This document shows positions 31,472 through 40,759 of a DNA stretch of 64,000 bases, in pieces. Made by a program: the position numbers and the translations under genes. Below the pieces are notes generated by a model. The model searched no databases. It worked only from the letters and a program-made list of their open reading frames with translations, and was not told where the DNA came from. Origin of the DNA: an uncultured Candidatus Rokubacteria bacterium (GTDB lineage Bacteria > Methylomirabilota > Methylomirabilia > Rokubacteriales > CSP1-6); contig CAVWWD010000008.1 of the NCBI GenBank assembly GCA_963758635.1, positions 512,001 through 576,000 of the forward strand, read 5' to 3'. Each line of letters begins with the position of its first letter. The stretch's first letter is position 1.

Positions 31472-32095
31472 ATGGCCAGCGCGATCGAGTCCTTGCCCCC
31501 GCCAGGGTGGGACCGACCGGAGCTCGACCCTCTGCTGAGGCTTCTGCCCCCGGGGCAGCTCAGCGAGATCGTCGGCTCCCGGTCCTCCGGCGCCACCAGC
31601 CTGCTCCTGGCCCTCCTGGCGCGCGCCACGCGCGAGGGCGGCCTCGTCGCGCTCGTGGACGCCGCCGACGCGTTCGATCCCGCCGGGGCGGCGACTGCCG
31701 GAGTCGATCTGTCCGCCGTCCTCTGGGTGCGCTGCGGCGGGCGCCTCGACGCGGCGTTCCGCGCCGTGGACCTCCTCGCCCGCTGTCCGGGCTTCGCCAT
31801 GGTGGCGCTGGACGTGGGGATCCGCGGGCACCGCGCCGACGCCACCCCGGCCCGCTGGCTCCGGCTCTCGCGCGCGGTGGAAGGCACCCGCACCGTCCTC
31901 GTGGCCCGCACGCCCGAACGTCTGAGCGGCAGCGTGGCCGCGCTGGTGCTGGCGGCCCGGCGCGCGCGGGCGCGCTGGATCGGCGCGCCGCGGCCTACGC
32001 GCCTGGCCGGGCTGGTCTCCCACGTCGAGGTGACACGCGCGCGGCGCGCTCCGTCCGCGATTCCCCCCGTGTCCTCCATCGAGTGGCCGGCGTGA
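31472..32095 (+). CDS. imuA: ImuA-like RecA-fold mutasome protein
   Basis: LPPGQLSEIVGSRSSGATSL (degenerate P-loop), ALVDAADAFDP, AGVDL..VLWV, WLRL.RAVE; directly upstream of imuB. Confidence 0.8.
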   Translation: MASAIESLPPPGWDRPELDPLLRLLPPGQLSEIVGSRSSGATSLLLALLARATREGGLVALVDAADAFDPAGAATAGVDLSAVLWVRCGGRLDAAFRAVDLLARCPGFAMVALDVGIRGHRADATPARWLRLSRAVEGTRTVLVARTPERLSGSVAALVLAARRARARWIGAPRPTRLAGLVSHVEVTRARRAPSAIPPVSSIEWPA

Positions 32096-33423
32096 GGCGC
32101 ATCGGCTGCCTCCTCGCGCGCACGCCGCTCGCGCCCGTCGAGCAACGGGCGCTGCTCGACGTGGCGCTGTCCCACTCGCCCCGGGTCGAGGAGGGCGGGC
32201 CGGGGCTCGTCTACCTCGACCTCACGGGCCTTCGCGGCCTGTTCGGCGAGGAGCCGGCCATTGGCGAGGCGCTGCGCCGCCGCGCCGCGGAGCGCGCGCT
32301 GGTGGTGAGCGTGGGGATCGCGGGCAGCCGCGCCAGCGCGGGGCTCGCCGCGCGTCTCGCCGACCCGGCGCGTGTCGCCGACCCGGCGCGTGTCGCCGGC
32401 GCCGCGCGTCTCGCCGAACCGGTGATGGTGGTGGCTCCGGGAGAAGACGAGGTTGCGCTTGCTTCCGCTCCGCTGTCGGTGCTTCCGTGCCCCCCGGAGA
32501 TGCTGGCGCTGCTCCGGCGGTGGGGCCTGCGCACGCTGGGCGAGCTGGCCGCGCTGCCCGCCGCCGCGCTCCACGAGCGGCTGGGCGCCGAGGGCCCTCG
32601 GCTCCGCGATCTGGCGCGCGGTATCGACCGGCGGCCGCTCGATCCCTGGGCGCCGGAGCGCGTGCTCGAGGAGTCGCTGGACCTCGACTGGGACATCGCC
32701 GAGCTGCCGGCGCTCGCCGAAGTGGTCGCGCTCCTGATCGAGAGGATCGCGGCCCGTCTCGCGCGCGAGGATTGGGACGCCGACCGGCTCGAGTGGGAGC
32801 TCGCGCTCGCCGATCGCACCGTCCATGAGGACGCGCTCCATCCCGCCGTCCCGGGCCGGGAGCCGGCCGCCCTCACCGCGCTGATCATGGGAGCGCTGGC
32901 GGCCTCCCCGCCGCCGGCCGCGGTAAGGGGAGTCACGCTCCGCGCGCATCCCACCCGGGTGCCTCCGGCACAGGCCTCGCTGGGCGATCCCATGCGTCCG
33001 GGCGCGCGGGCGCTGGCCCAGGCCGTCTCCCGGCTCGCCGCCCTCGTCGGCACGGACCACGTGGGCGTGCCCAGGCTCGTCGACACCCATCGACCGGACG
33101 CCGTGTCGATGGGCGCGGTGGAGGAGTCGCGCCAGCCGGACGGAAGCCCCCGGTCGGAAGCCAGCGCGTGGCTCGCGCTGCGCCGGCTCCGCCCGCCCAC
33201 GCCGGCCACCGTGCGGCTGGCGGGCGGTCGTCCGGCGCACGTCGTGGCCGGGAAGCTCGCCGGCGTCGTGGTGAGCAGCGCCGGGCCCTGGCGCACCGCG
33301 GGGGACTGGTGGCGCGAGAGCCGCTGGGGCGCGGACGAGTGGGACGCGGAGCTGGCCGACGGTACGCTCTGCCGCCTCGCCCACGACGGCACGTCCTGGG
33401 TGCTCGAGGGGATCTACGACTGA
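32092..33423 (+). CDS. imuB: ImuB-like inactive Y-family polymerase
   Basis: SPRVE..GPGLVYLDLTGL..LFGEE, WGLRTLGELAALP, LARGID, C-terminal AGPWRTAGDWW...DEWD...WVLEGIYD; GTGA overlap with imuA. Confidence 0.85.
   Translation: MRRIGCLLARTPLAPVEQRALLDVALSHSPRVEEGGPGLVYLDLTGLRGLFGEEPAIGEALRRRAAERALVVSVGIAGSRASAGLAARLADPARVADPARVAGAARLAEPVMVVAPGEDEVALASAPLSVLPCPPEMLALLRRWGLRTLGELAALPAAALHERLGAEGPRLRDLARGIDRRPLDPWAPERVLEESLDLDWDIAELPALAEVVALLIERIAARLAREDWDADRLEWELALADRTVHEDALHPAVPGREPAALTALIMGALAASPPPAAVRGVTLRAHPTRVPPAQASLGDPMRPGARALAQAVSRLAALVGTDHVGVPRLVDTHRPDAVSMGAVEESRQPDGSPRSEASAWLALRRLRPPTPATVRLAGGRPAHVVAGKLAGVVVSSAGPWRTAGDWWRESRWGADEWDAELADGTLCRLAHDGTSWVLEGIYD
32350..32421 (+). repeat. In-frame 18-bp tandem repeat x4 in imuB (ARLADP ARVADP ARVAGA ARLAEP)
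   Basis: Units GCGCGTCTCGCCGACCCG / GCGCGTGTCGCCGACCCG / GCGCGTGTCGCCGGCGCC / GCGCGTCTCGCCGAACCG. Confidence 0.85.
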
Positions 33424-34325
33424 TGCGCGACGTGACGGCGGTCGTCACCGACATCGACAACACGCTCTACGACTGGATGGCCATGTGGGTGCCGGCGTTC
33501 GACGGCATGCTGCTCCGCCTGGCCGCGGACAGCGGCGTGTTGCGCGAGCAGCTCGAGCGGGAGTTCTCGGCCGTACACCAGCGTCACGGCACCACGGAGT
33601 ACGCCTTCGCCATCCAGGAGCTGCCGAGCCTGGTCGCCCTGCATCCGGGAGAGGACCTCGTCATCCGCTATGCCTCCGCCATCGCCGCGTACCGCACGGC
33701 GCGACGCCGCACGCTCCAGTTGTTCCCAGGCGTGAGCGAGACGCTGGCCGCCATCCGGGCCGCGGGATGCCGGGTGGTGGGGTACACCGAATCCCGCGCC
33801 TACTACGCCAACTACCGGATCCGTGCGCTGGGGCTCGACGGCCTCCTCGATCACGTGTACTCGCCGCCCGATCACGCGCTGCCCGGCGGCGTGAGCCCCG
33901 AGGAGATCCGCCGCTACCCCGCGGAGCACTACGAGCTCACCCGCACCGTGCACCGTCACACGCCCGAGGGCGCCTGGAAGCCCGACGTCGCCGTGCTGCG
34001 CGCCATCCTGGGGGAGATCGGCGCCGATCCGGCGCGGACCCTCTACGTGGGCGACAGCCTCGTGAAGGACGTGGGCATGGCCCAGGAGGCGGGCGTGATC
34101 GACGTGTTCGCGCGCTACGGCGCCGTCCCCGACCGCTCCGGCTACGACCTGCTCCGGCGCGTGACCCACTGGACGCCGGAGATGGTCGAGCGCTCCGAGC
34201 GCGTCGCGGAGGCGGACGTGTCTCCCACCCACGTGCTCGCCGGAGGCTTCGCGGAGCTGCTCGACCTGTTCACGTTCGCCCCGTTCTCGCCGCGCGAGAT
34301 GGGACCGGACGATCAATCGGAATAG
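33423..34325 (+). CDS. HAD superfamily phosphatase (phosphoglycolate phosphatase-like)
   Basis: Motif I TDIDNTLYDW, motif II GYTES, motif III KP, motif IV VGDSLVKD; TGATG overlap with imuB. Confidence 0.85.
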   Translation: MRDVTAVVTDIDNTLYDWMAMWVPAFDGMLLRLAADSGVLREQLEREFSAVHQRHGTTEYAFAIQELPSLVALHPGEDLVIRYASAIAAYRTARRRTLQLFPGVSETLAAIRAAGCRVVGYTESRAYYANYRIRALGLDGLLDHVYSPPDHALPGGVSPEEIRRYPAEHYELTRTVHRHTPEGAWKPDVAVLRAILGEIGADPARTLYVGDSLVKDVGMAQEAGVIDVFARYGAVPDRSGYDLLRRVTHWTPEMVERSERVAEADVSPTHVLAGGFAELLDLFTFAPFSPREMGPDDQSE

Positions 34326-34557
34326 AAGTGCGGTCGGAGAGCTTCTTCCGAGATGAATCGACTCGCCTGGCGAAGAATGGCTCGGCACGTCCCGGTATCG
34401 AGCTCCGTGTGGATCGGCACCGTGAGCGTCTGGATCGTGCCATCGGAAAGAACGCGACGGATCTTGGCGTGACTTCTCCGTCGAGAGTGGATCGTGAAAC
34501 CGAAGCCGCTGAGAATGGAAACGATCTCCGCGCTGAGAGGCGGCGGAGTTTAGGCAT
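34313..34557 (-). CDS. hicA: HicA-family mRNA interferase toxin (one-base frameshift after codon ~9)
   Basis: Reconstructed MPKLRRLS-AEIVSILSGFGFTIHSRRRSHAKIRRVLSDGTIQTLTVPIHTELDTGTCRAILRQA...; SH and VPxH motifs of HicA. Confidence 0.8.
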
Positions 34558-34779
34558 GCGCGGGCAGGATCTCCATGGTCACGACAACCGTTGGATTCGG
34601 TGCGAGTCCAAGAGAAGCCAGGTCCTCGTCGGCGAGATGAAGGGAGACGGCCTCGCGGAGGTTGTTCGTGACCTCGTCCAAGGTATGCCCTTGGGTGATG
34701 ACCGGAATCTCGAGACATTCGGCCACGTATCCCGATTCATCGCCGGACGGATCACCGCTTTGATCGTGTGCTGAAGCAT
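34550..34779 (-). CDS. hicB: HicB-family antitoxin (one-base frameshift after codon ~12)
   Basis: Reconstructed MLQHTIKAVIRP-DESGYVAECLEIPVITQGHTLDEVTNNLREAVSLHL...; stop overlaps the hicA start. Confidence 0.8.
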
Positions 34780-34833
34780 CGATTTCCTCTCATTGTGCCG
34801 AGTATAGCGCCGAGCCGTTCGACGGCCTGACCC

Positions 34834-37800
34834 GTGTACGTCGAGCTGCACGCGCGCAGCGCCTTCAGCTTCCTCGAGGCCACCGCCTTGCCGGAGACGC
34901 TCGTGGAGCGCGCGGCGGCGCTCGGGCAGCCCGCGATGGCCCTCGTGGACCGCGATGGGCTCTACGGCGCCCCCCGCTTCTATCGCGCGGCCACGCGCAT
35001 GGGTATCGCGCCGCTGGTGGGCGCGGAGGTGACGCTGGCCGGCGGCGGGCGCCTGCCGCTCCTGGTGGAAGACCGCGAGGGCTACCAGAACCTCTGCCGG
35101 CTGCTCACGCGCATGAAGATGCGGGCGTATTGCAGGGCGAGGCGCAGCCGAAGGCGAGCCGAGCGGACTGGAAGAGGGGAGGCGAGAGGGCGAGGTCACG
35201 TTGGACGAGCTGGCTGAGCACGCGGCCGGCCTCGTCGCGCTCACCGGCGGGGCGGACGGGCCAGTGGCGGCCCGGCTCGCGCACGGCGGAACCCGCGGCG
35301 TGGACGAGGCGCGCGCGCTCCTCGACCGCCTCGTGTCGATCTACGGGCGCTGGAGCGTGTTCGTGGAGCTGCAGCGCCACCTGAGCCGCGTGCAGGAGGC
35401 GCGTAACGAATGGCTCCGCGCCGAGGCGGACCGGCTCCGGCTGCCGCTCCTGGCCACCAACGAGCCCCGGCAGATCGCGCGCGGCGACCGCCCGCTGCTG
35501 GACGTGCTCACGTGCATCCGGAACCACGTCACGCTCGACGGCGTGGGCCGGCTCCTCGCCGACAACGCCGAGCGCCACGTGAAGCCCGCCCGCCACATGG
35601 AGCGTCTCTTCGCCGATTGCCCCGCCGCGGTGGCGAACACCGGCGAGCTGGCCCTGCGCCTGGGCTTCACGCTCAAGAACCTCGGCTATCGTTTCCCGGA
35701 CTACCCGCTGCCGCCGGGCCAGACGCCGCTGGGCCTCCTCCGCCACCTGAGCGAGCAGGGCGCGCGCCGGCGCTACGGCACGGGCCCGCTCGCCGAGAAG
35801 GCGCGCCGGCAGATCGCACGCGAGCTGGACCTGATCGGCCGCCTCGACCTGCCGGGCTACTTCCTGATCGTGTGGGACCTGGTCGAGTACTGCCGCGCGC
35901 AGGACATCCTGGTGCAGGGCCGGGGCTCGGCGGCCAACAGCGCGGTGTGCTACGCGCTGGGCATCACCGCCGTGGATCCCGTCGGGATGGAGCTCCTGTT
36001 CGAGCGTTTCCTCTCCGAGGAGCGGGGCGAGTGGCCGGACATCGACCTGGACCTGCCGAGCGGCGACCGTCGCGAGCGCGTGATCCAGTACGTCTACGAG
36101 CGCTACGGCCGGCTCGGCGCGGCCATGACCGCCAACGTCATCACGTATCGCGGCCGGAGCGCGGCACGCGAGGTGGGCAAGGTGCTGGGGCTGCCCGCGG
36201 ACCTCCTCGACCGCCTCTCGCGCCTCGTCAGCGAGTTCGAGTACAAGGACCCGGGCGACACGCTCCTGGCCCACCTGGACGAGGCCGGCTGCGACCCGCG
36301 CGATCCGCGCATGCAGCGGTTCGCCGAGCTGTGGCCGGCCATCCAGGACCTGCCGCGGCACCTCGGCCAGCACTCGGGCGGCATGGTCATCGCGCAGGGG
36401 CGGCTCGACTCGGTGGCGCCGCTCGAGCCCGCGACCATGCCCGGCCGCTCGGTGGTGCAGTGGGACAAGGACGACTGCGGCGCGCTCGGCATGGTGAAGG
36501 TGGACCTGCTCGGGACTCGGCATGATGTCGCTGCTCCAGGACGCCATCCAGATGATCGAGGCGCGCGGCGGGCATCTCGACCTGGCGCATCTGCCGCCCG
36601 ACGACGCCAAGGTATACGGCATGCTCCAGGAAGCCGACACCATCGGCGTGTTCCAGGTGGAGAGCCGCGCGCAGATGGCCACCCTCCCGCGCCTGCGCCC
36701 GACGTGCTTCTACGACCTCGTGGTGGAGGTGGCCATCATCCGCCCGGGCCCGATCATGGGCGACATGGTGCACCCCTACCTGCGCCGGCGCGCCGGGCGC
36801 GAGGAGAAGACGGTGCCGCACCCGTCGCTCGAGCCCATCCTGGCGCGCACCCTCGGCGTGCCGCTCTTCCAGGAGCAGCTCCTGCGCATGGCCATGGCCA
36901 CCGCCGGCTTCACGGGCGGCGAGGCCGAGGAGCTGCGCCGGGCCATGGGCTTCAAGCGCTCGGAGCGGGCGATGCGCGAGATCGAGGTGAAGCTCCGCGC
37001 GGGCATGGCCCGGAACGGCATCACGGGCGCCCAGGCCGACACCATCGTGCGCTCTATCACCGCGTTCGCGCTGTATGGGTTCCCGGAATGCGTGGTCGGC
37101 GACACCCGCGTCATCGACGCAGACACTGGTCGCTGGGTTCCGATCGAGGACGTGGTATCGGCGCGCGCGCCGGTCACCCACACGCTCGCCTGCGACGTGG
37201 ATCTAAAGCTTCAGACGCGCCGGGTGCTCGCGGCAACGTCGAGCGGCCGCCGTGCCGTGCTCCGTCTCCGGACGGCTCTCGGCCGGGAACTCGCGGCGAC
37301 GCCCGAGCACCCGCTGCTGACGATGGAGGGGTGGCGGGTTCTTGGCGACTTGCGGACCGGTGATCGCGTCGCCGGAAGCTCGCTCGATGCGCTCGGGGGA
37401 AGAGGGGCCATCGAGTGGGACCACGTTACGACCATCGAGCCAGACGGAACTCGGGAGACGTACGATCTCCGGATCGAAGCGGACCACAACTTCCTGGCCA
37501 ACGGCCTCGTGGTGCACAATTCTCACGCCGCTAGCTTCGCGCTCCTCGCCTACGCGAGCGCCTATCTGAAGACGCACCATCCGGCGGCCTTCTACGCCGC
37601 GTTGCTCAACAACCAGCCGATGGGCTTCTATCACCCTGCGACCATCGTGCGGGACGCCGAACGGCACGGCCAGGCCATCCTGCCGATCGACGTGAACAGC
37701 TCGGACTGGCTCTGCACCATCGAGCCCGACGGTGCCGTGCGCCTCGGGCTTCGTTACGTGAAAGGCCTGCGGGAGGAGATCGGGAAGCGCCTGGAGGCCG

Positions 37801-38432
37801 AGCGCCGGACGGTTCCATTCTTTTCCGTGGACGACGTGGCGCGCCGGGGCGCGCCCAGCCGTGAGGAGCTGGCGCGGCTGGCGGAGATCGGCGCGCTCGG
37901 CAGTCTCGGTCTCGAGCGGCGCCACGCTCTCTGGGAGAGCGCCCGGGCCAGCCGTCCCGTCGGCGCGCTCTACGAGGCCGCCCCCGATCGACTCTTGCCA
38001 TCACCGCTGCCGGCCATGACGGCCGGCGAGCGCGTGGTGGCGGACTACGAGGGCACCAGCCTGAGCCTCGGGCCCCACCCGATGCTGTTCCACCGCGAGC
38101 GCCTGACGCGCATGGGCGTGCGGCGGGGAACGGACCTCACGCGCATCGCGCCGGGGAAGCGCGTGACCGTGGCCGGCGCGGTGGTGGTGCGGCAGCGGCC
38201 CGGCACGGCCAAAGGCCTCCTGTTCATGAACCTCGAGGACGAGACCGGGCTCCTCAACATCGTGGTCTATCCCGACCTCTTCCGGCGCGAGCGCGTGCTG
38301 CTGGTCACGGAGCCCTTTCTCCTGGTGGAGGGCGTGCTCCAGCGGGAGGACGGCGTCACCTCGGTGCTGGCCCGCCGGGTCCGAGCCCTACGCCACCGCC
38401 TCACCGGCGTGCCCTCACACGACTTCCATTGA
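34834..38432 (+). CDS. dnaE2: Error-prone DNA polymerase III alpha DnaE2/ImuC with intein (frameshifts near 35130-35185 and 36515)
   Basis: YVELHARSAFSFL PHP start, GRGSAANS, PDIDLD, RHLGQHSGG, GVFQVESRAQ, RQRPGTAKG, C-terminal SHDFH. Confidence 0.95.
35137..35165 (+). repeat. Short repeat inserted in dnaE2 coding sequence
   Basis: GCGAGGCGCAGCCGAAGGCGAGCCGAGCG between RMKMRA and GEVTLDEL; similar to 26059-26086. Confidence 0.55.
37089..37520 (+). mobile_element. Mini-intein (144 aa, no homing endonuclease) in DnaE2
   Basis: Inserted in YGFPE|SHAASF; block A CVVGDTRV, block B ATPEHPLL, block F TYDLRIEADHNFLANG, block G VVHN followed by extein Ser. Confidence 0.95.
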
Positions 38433-38526
38433 CCTCCCCGTCCAATCCCAGCACTCCTCCGCGCCGCATCGGATCAGATACACAGGACCGCTCCTTGTTC
38501 CCGGCCCTCCCTGCACGCTATAGTGC

Positions 38527-38625
38527 GGCCTCAACGACGTCACCACGACCATGATCTACACGCACGTCCTGAACCGCGGCCCCGCCGGCGTCCGGAGCCC
38601 GGCCGACCGGATGTTCCTTTCATGA
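38527..38625 (+). pseudogene. intI: Integron integrase (IntI) C-terminal remnant
   Basis: Translates [32 protein letters not shown], matching the IntI C-terminus ([18 protein letters not shown]); in-frame stop at 38521 immediately upstream. Confidence 0.85.
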
Positions 38626-38865
38626 ACGTGCTGGGACCGGCCGGATACACTGCAGGGCTCTGCTGCATATCACGGGTCCTCACCACTCGCCTCGTCGTAA
38701 CCTGCAGGGTCGGTGGACGTCCTGGAAGGACCAACTCGAGCCTGACCGTGTTAAACAGGTCAGCCTTGGCGTATAGCGAAGTTCAAGCCACATCGCGTCC
38801 GGCGAACAGACGTACCGTCGCTGGGGGCCCCATAGTGGAGCGGCCACCGGGGCGTCAGGAGAGAG

Positions 38866-39165
38866 GTGCCCTACAGGGTTGAGTTCGCGGAGTCGGTTGA
38901 GGCTCATTTTCGAGCGTTGACAGCTCGGGACCGAGTGACGACGCTCGCGGCGATCGAACGTCAGCTGATCCACGAACCGCTCAAGGAAACGAGGAACCGG
39001 AAGCCGCTTCGGCCGAACCCGATTGCACCGTGGGAGCTGCGCGTGGGTGAACTCCGAGTCTTCTACGAGGTCATCGGATCCGGCACAGGCGTCGTGCGCA
39101 TTCTCGCGGTGGGCCGAAAGCGCCGCGACGTGCTGACTATTGGTGGTAAGGAGATAGCGCTATGA
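38866..39165 (+). CDS. RelE/ParE-family toxin (integron cassette 1)
   Basis: YRVEFA...IERQL.HEP..ETRNRKPLRPNPIAPWELRVGELRVFYEV...VRILAVGRK. Confidence 0.85.
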   Translation: MPYRVEFAESVEAHFRALTARDRVTTLAAIERQLIHEPLKETRNRKPLRPNPIAPWELRVGELRVFYEVIGSGTGVVRILAVGRKRRDVLTIGGKEIAL

Positions 39166-39470
39166 AGAAGCTGAAGGTGTCGTCGGCACGGCGCCCGCTC
39201 GCGGAATACGTGGCTGATCTTCGCGACGAGACCATATTTTTGACCGAGGGCAACCGCGCGGTTGCAGCGATCGTTCCCCTCAAGAACGTTGATCGTGAAT
39301 CCTTGGCGCTGAGCCAGCATCCTGAGTTCCTCGAACTCATCGCGCGTTCACGGGCGGATTTCGCCGCGGGACGGACCATCTCGCTAGATGACATGAAACG
39401 ACGCATGCTGCCGAGACCGTCGCCGAACAAGCGCATCCAGCCGACGGCGCGCCGGGCGCGCCGCGACTGA
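39162..39470 (+). CDS. Phd/YefM-like antitoxin (integron cassette 1); C-terminus reads through attC
   Basis: ATGA overlap with toxin; LAEYV...ETIFLTEGNRAVAAIVPL...ESLALS..PEFLELIARSRA...ISLDDMKRR. Confidence 0.75.
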   Translation: MKKLKVSSARRPLAEYVADLRDETIFLTEGNRAVAAIVPLKNVDRESLALSQHPEFLELIARSRADFAAGRTISLDDMKRRMLPRPSPNKRIQPTARRARRD

Positions 39471-39485
39471 TACGCTGCGTTAGAC
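39422..39485 (+). mobile_element. attC site 1
   Basis: R'' GCCGAAC, R' GTTAGAC; inner arms AGCGCATC(C)AGCCG(A)C vs GCGACTGATACGCT with two extrahelical bases; GC-rich terminal stem GGCGCGCC/GGCGCGCC. Confidence 0.85.
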
Positions 39486-39527
39486 GCGTGAGAAGAGCGC
39501 GCGAGTTTGACGTCGTAGAATCAGCCA

Positions 39528-39788
<261 letters not shown>

Positions 39789-39802
<14 letters not shown>

Positions 39803-40040
39803 GTCCCGCGCCAAAAATGAACTCCGGAGATCCTACAAGCGTTCGGACTTTCCCGCTGGCTTCATCCGCGGGAAGTATGCGGCCCGGCTCGCCGCCGGGT
39901 CGAACGTTGTCGTCCTCAGCCCTGCGAACGCAGCGGCTTTCCCAACGTCCGACGCCGTGAACGAAGCCCTGAATGGATTGGTACGGGTTGCGAAGTCGGC
40001 GCGTCTAACAAACCGTTCGAGCGGGCGGCGTTCTCGGTAG
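39789..40040 (+). CDS. BrnA-like antitoxin (integron cassette 2)
   Basis: ELRRSYKRSDF...RGKYAARLAAGSNVVVLSP..AAAFPTSDAVNEALNGL; start overlaps the brnT end. Confidence 0.75.
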
Positions 40041-40090
40041 GGTGCCGATCTCAAGGCGCTTGGGCGCCGCCGCTCACCGTGGCGTTCGGC
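40003..40090 (+). mobile_element. attC site 2
   Basis: R'' GTCTAAC (exact complement of the GTTAGAC opening this cassette), R' GTTCGGC; arms CGTT(C)GAGCGG(G)CGGCG vs CGCCGCCGCTCACCG. Confidence 0.85.
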
Positions 40091-40264
40091 ACGTGGCCGG
40101 AACAAGATCGGCACTACCGGGTGAGGCTTCCAAAGGGGTGCTGCAACACTAGGACTCGGGGGAGGGATCGATGATGGGTGCACAGGGGGTCGTTGTACTG
40201 CCGGGACAGGGTTCGGTCTGTCTCCCGCCCTAGAGTTTCGGTGGACACCTCACTGGAGGGCATG

Positions 40265-40747
40265 ATGGTCCTGACCTGGAAGGAGCTCGCAGCCGCTGAG
40301 CCGGAGCTGGCCGACGTTGGCCGTGCCCTGCTCTTCCAGTTCAAGGTGGGGCTGGCTTTCCTCGCCACTGTCCGGAAGGACGGCGGCCCTCGCCTCCACC
40401 CGGTGTGCCCCGTCATCTCGAACGATCGTCTGTTCGTGCTCGTGACCCCGACCTCGCCCAAGCGGCACGACCTGGTGCGAGACGGCAAGTACGCTCTTCA
40501 AAGCTTTCCCCAGCCGAAACCAGGAAGCGACGAGTTCTACATGACGGGCCGAGCGGTTCTGGTGCACGACCCGGCGGTGCGTGCCGGCATTCTTCGCGAT
40601 GCCAAGCACAAGGCGGACGCATCGGAAACTGCGTTCGAGCTCACGATCGATCGCGTCATGCATACGAGATGGGAGGACGTGCTGACCCCGCAGATGCGCC
40701 CTGTGCGCAGGAAGTGGCGGGCCCCGTCGGCGCCAGGTGAACGGTAG
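40265..40747 (+). CDS. Pyridoxamine 5'-phosphate oxidase-like (split beta-barrel) protein
   Basis: AFLATVRKDGGPRLHPV...SPKRHDLVRDGKYAL; GGAGG RBS. Confidence 0.8.
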   Translation: MVLTWKELAAAEPELADVGRALLFQFKVGLAFLATVRKDGGPRLHPVCPVISNDRLFVLVTPTSPKRHDLVRDGKYALQSFPQPKPGSDEFYMTGRAVLVHDPAVRAGILRDAKHKADASETAFELTIDRVMHTRWEDVLTPQMRPVRRKWRAPSAPGER

Positions 40748-40759
40748 CCGCGTGATCGC

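Noticed and set aside
38801..38860. Third, degenerate attC upstream of the RelE cassette (GGCGAAC...GTCAGGA)
   Set aside because: The inner arms pair poorly and the R' lacks GTT; cannot be called by eye.
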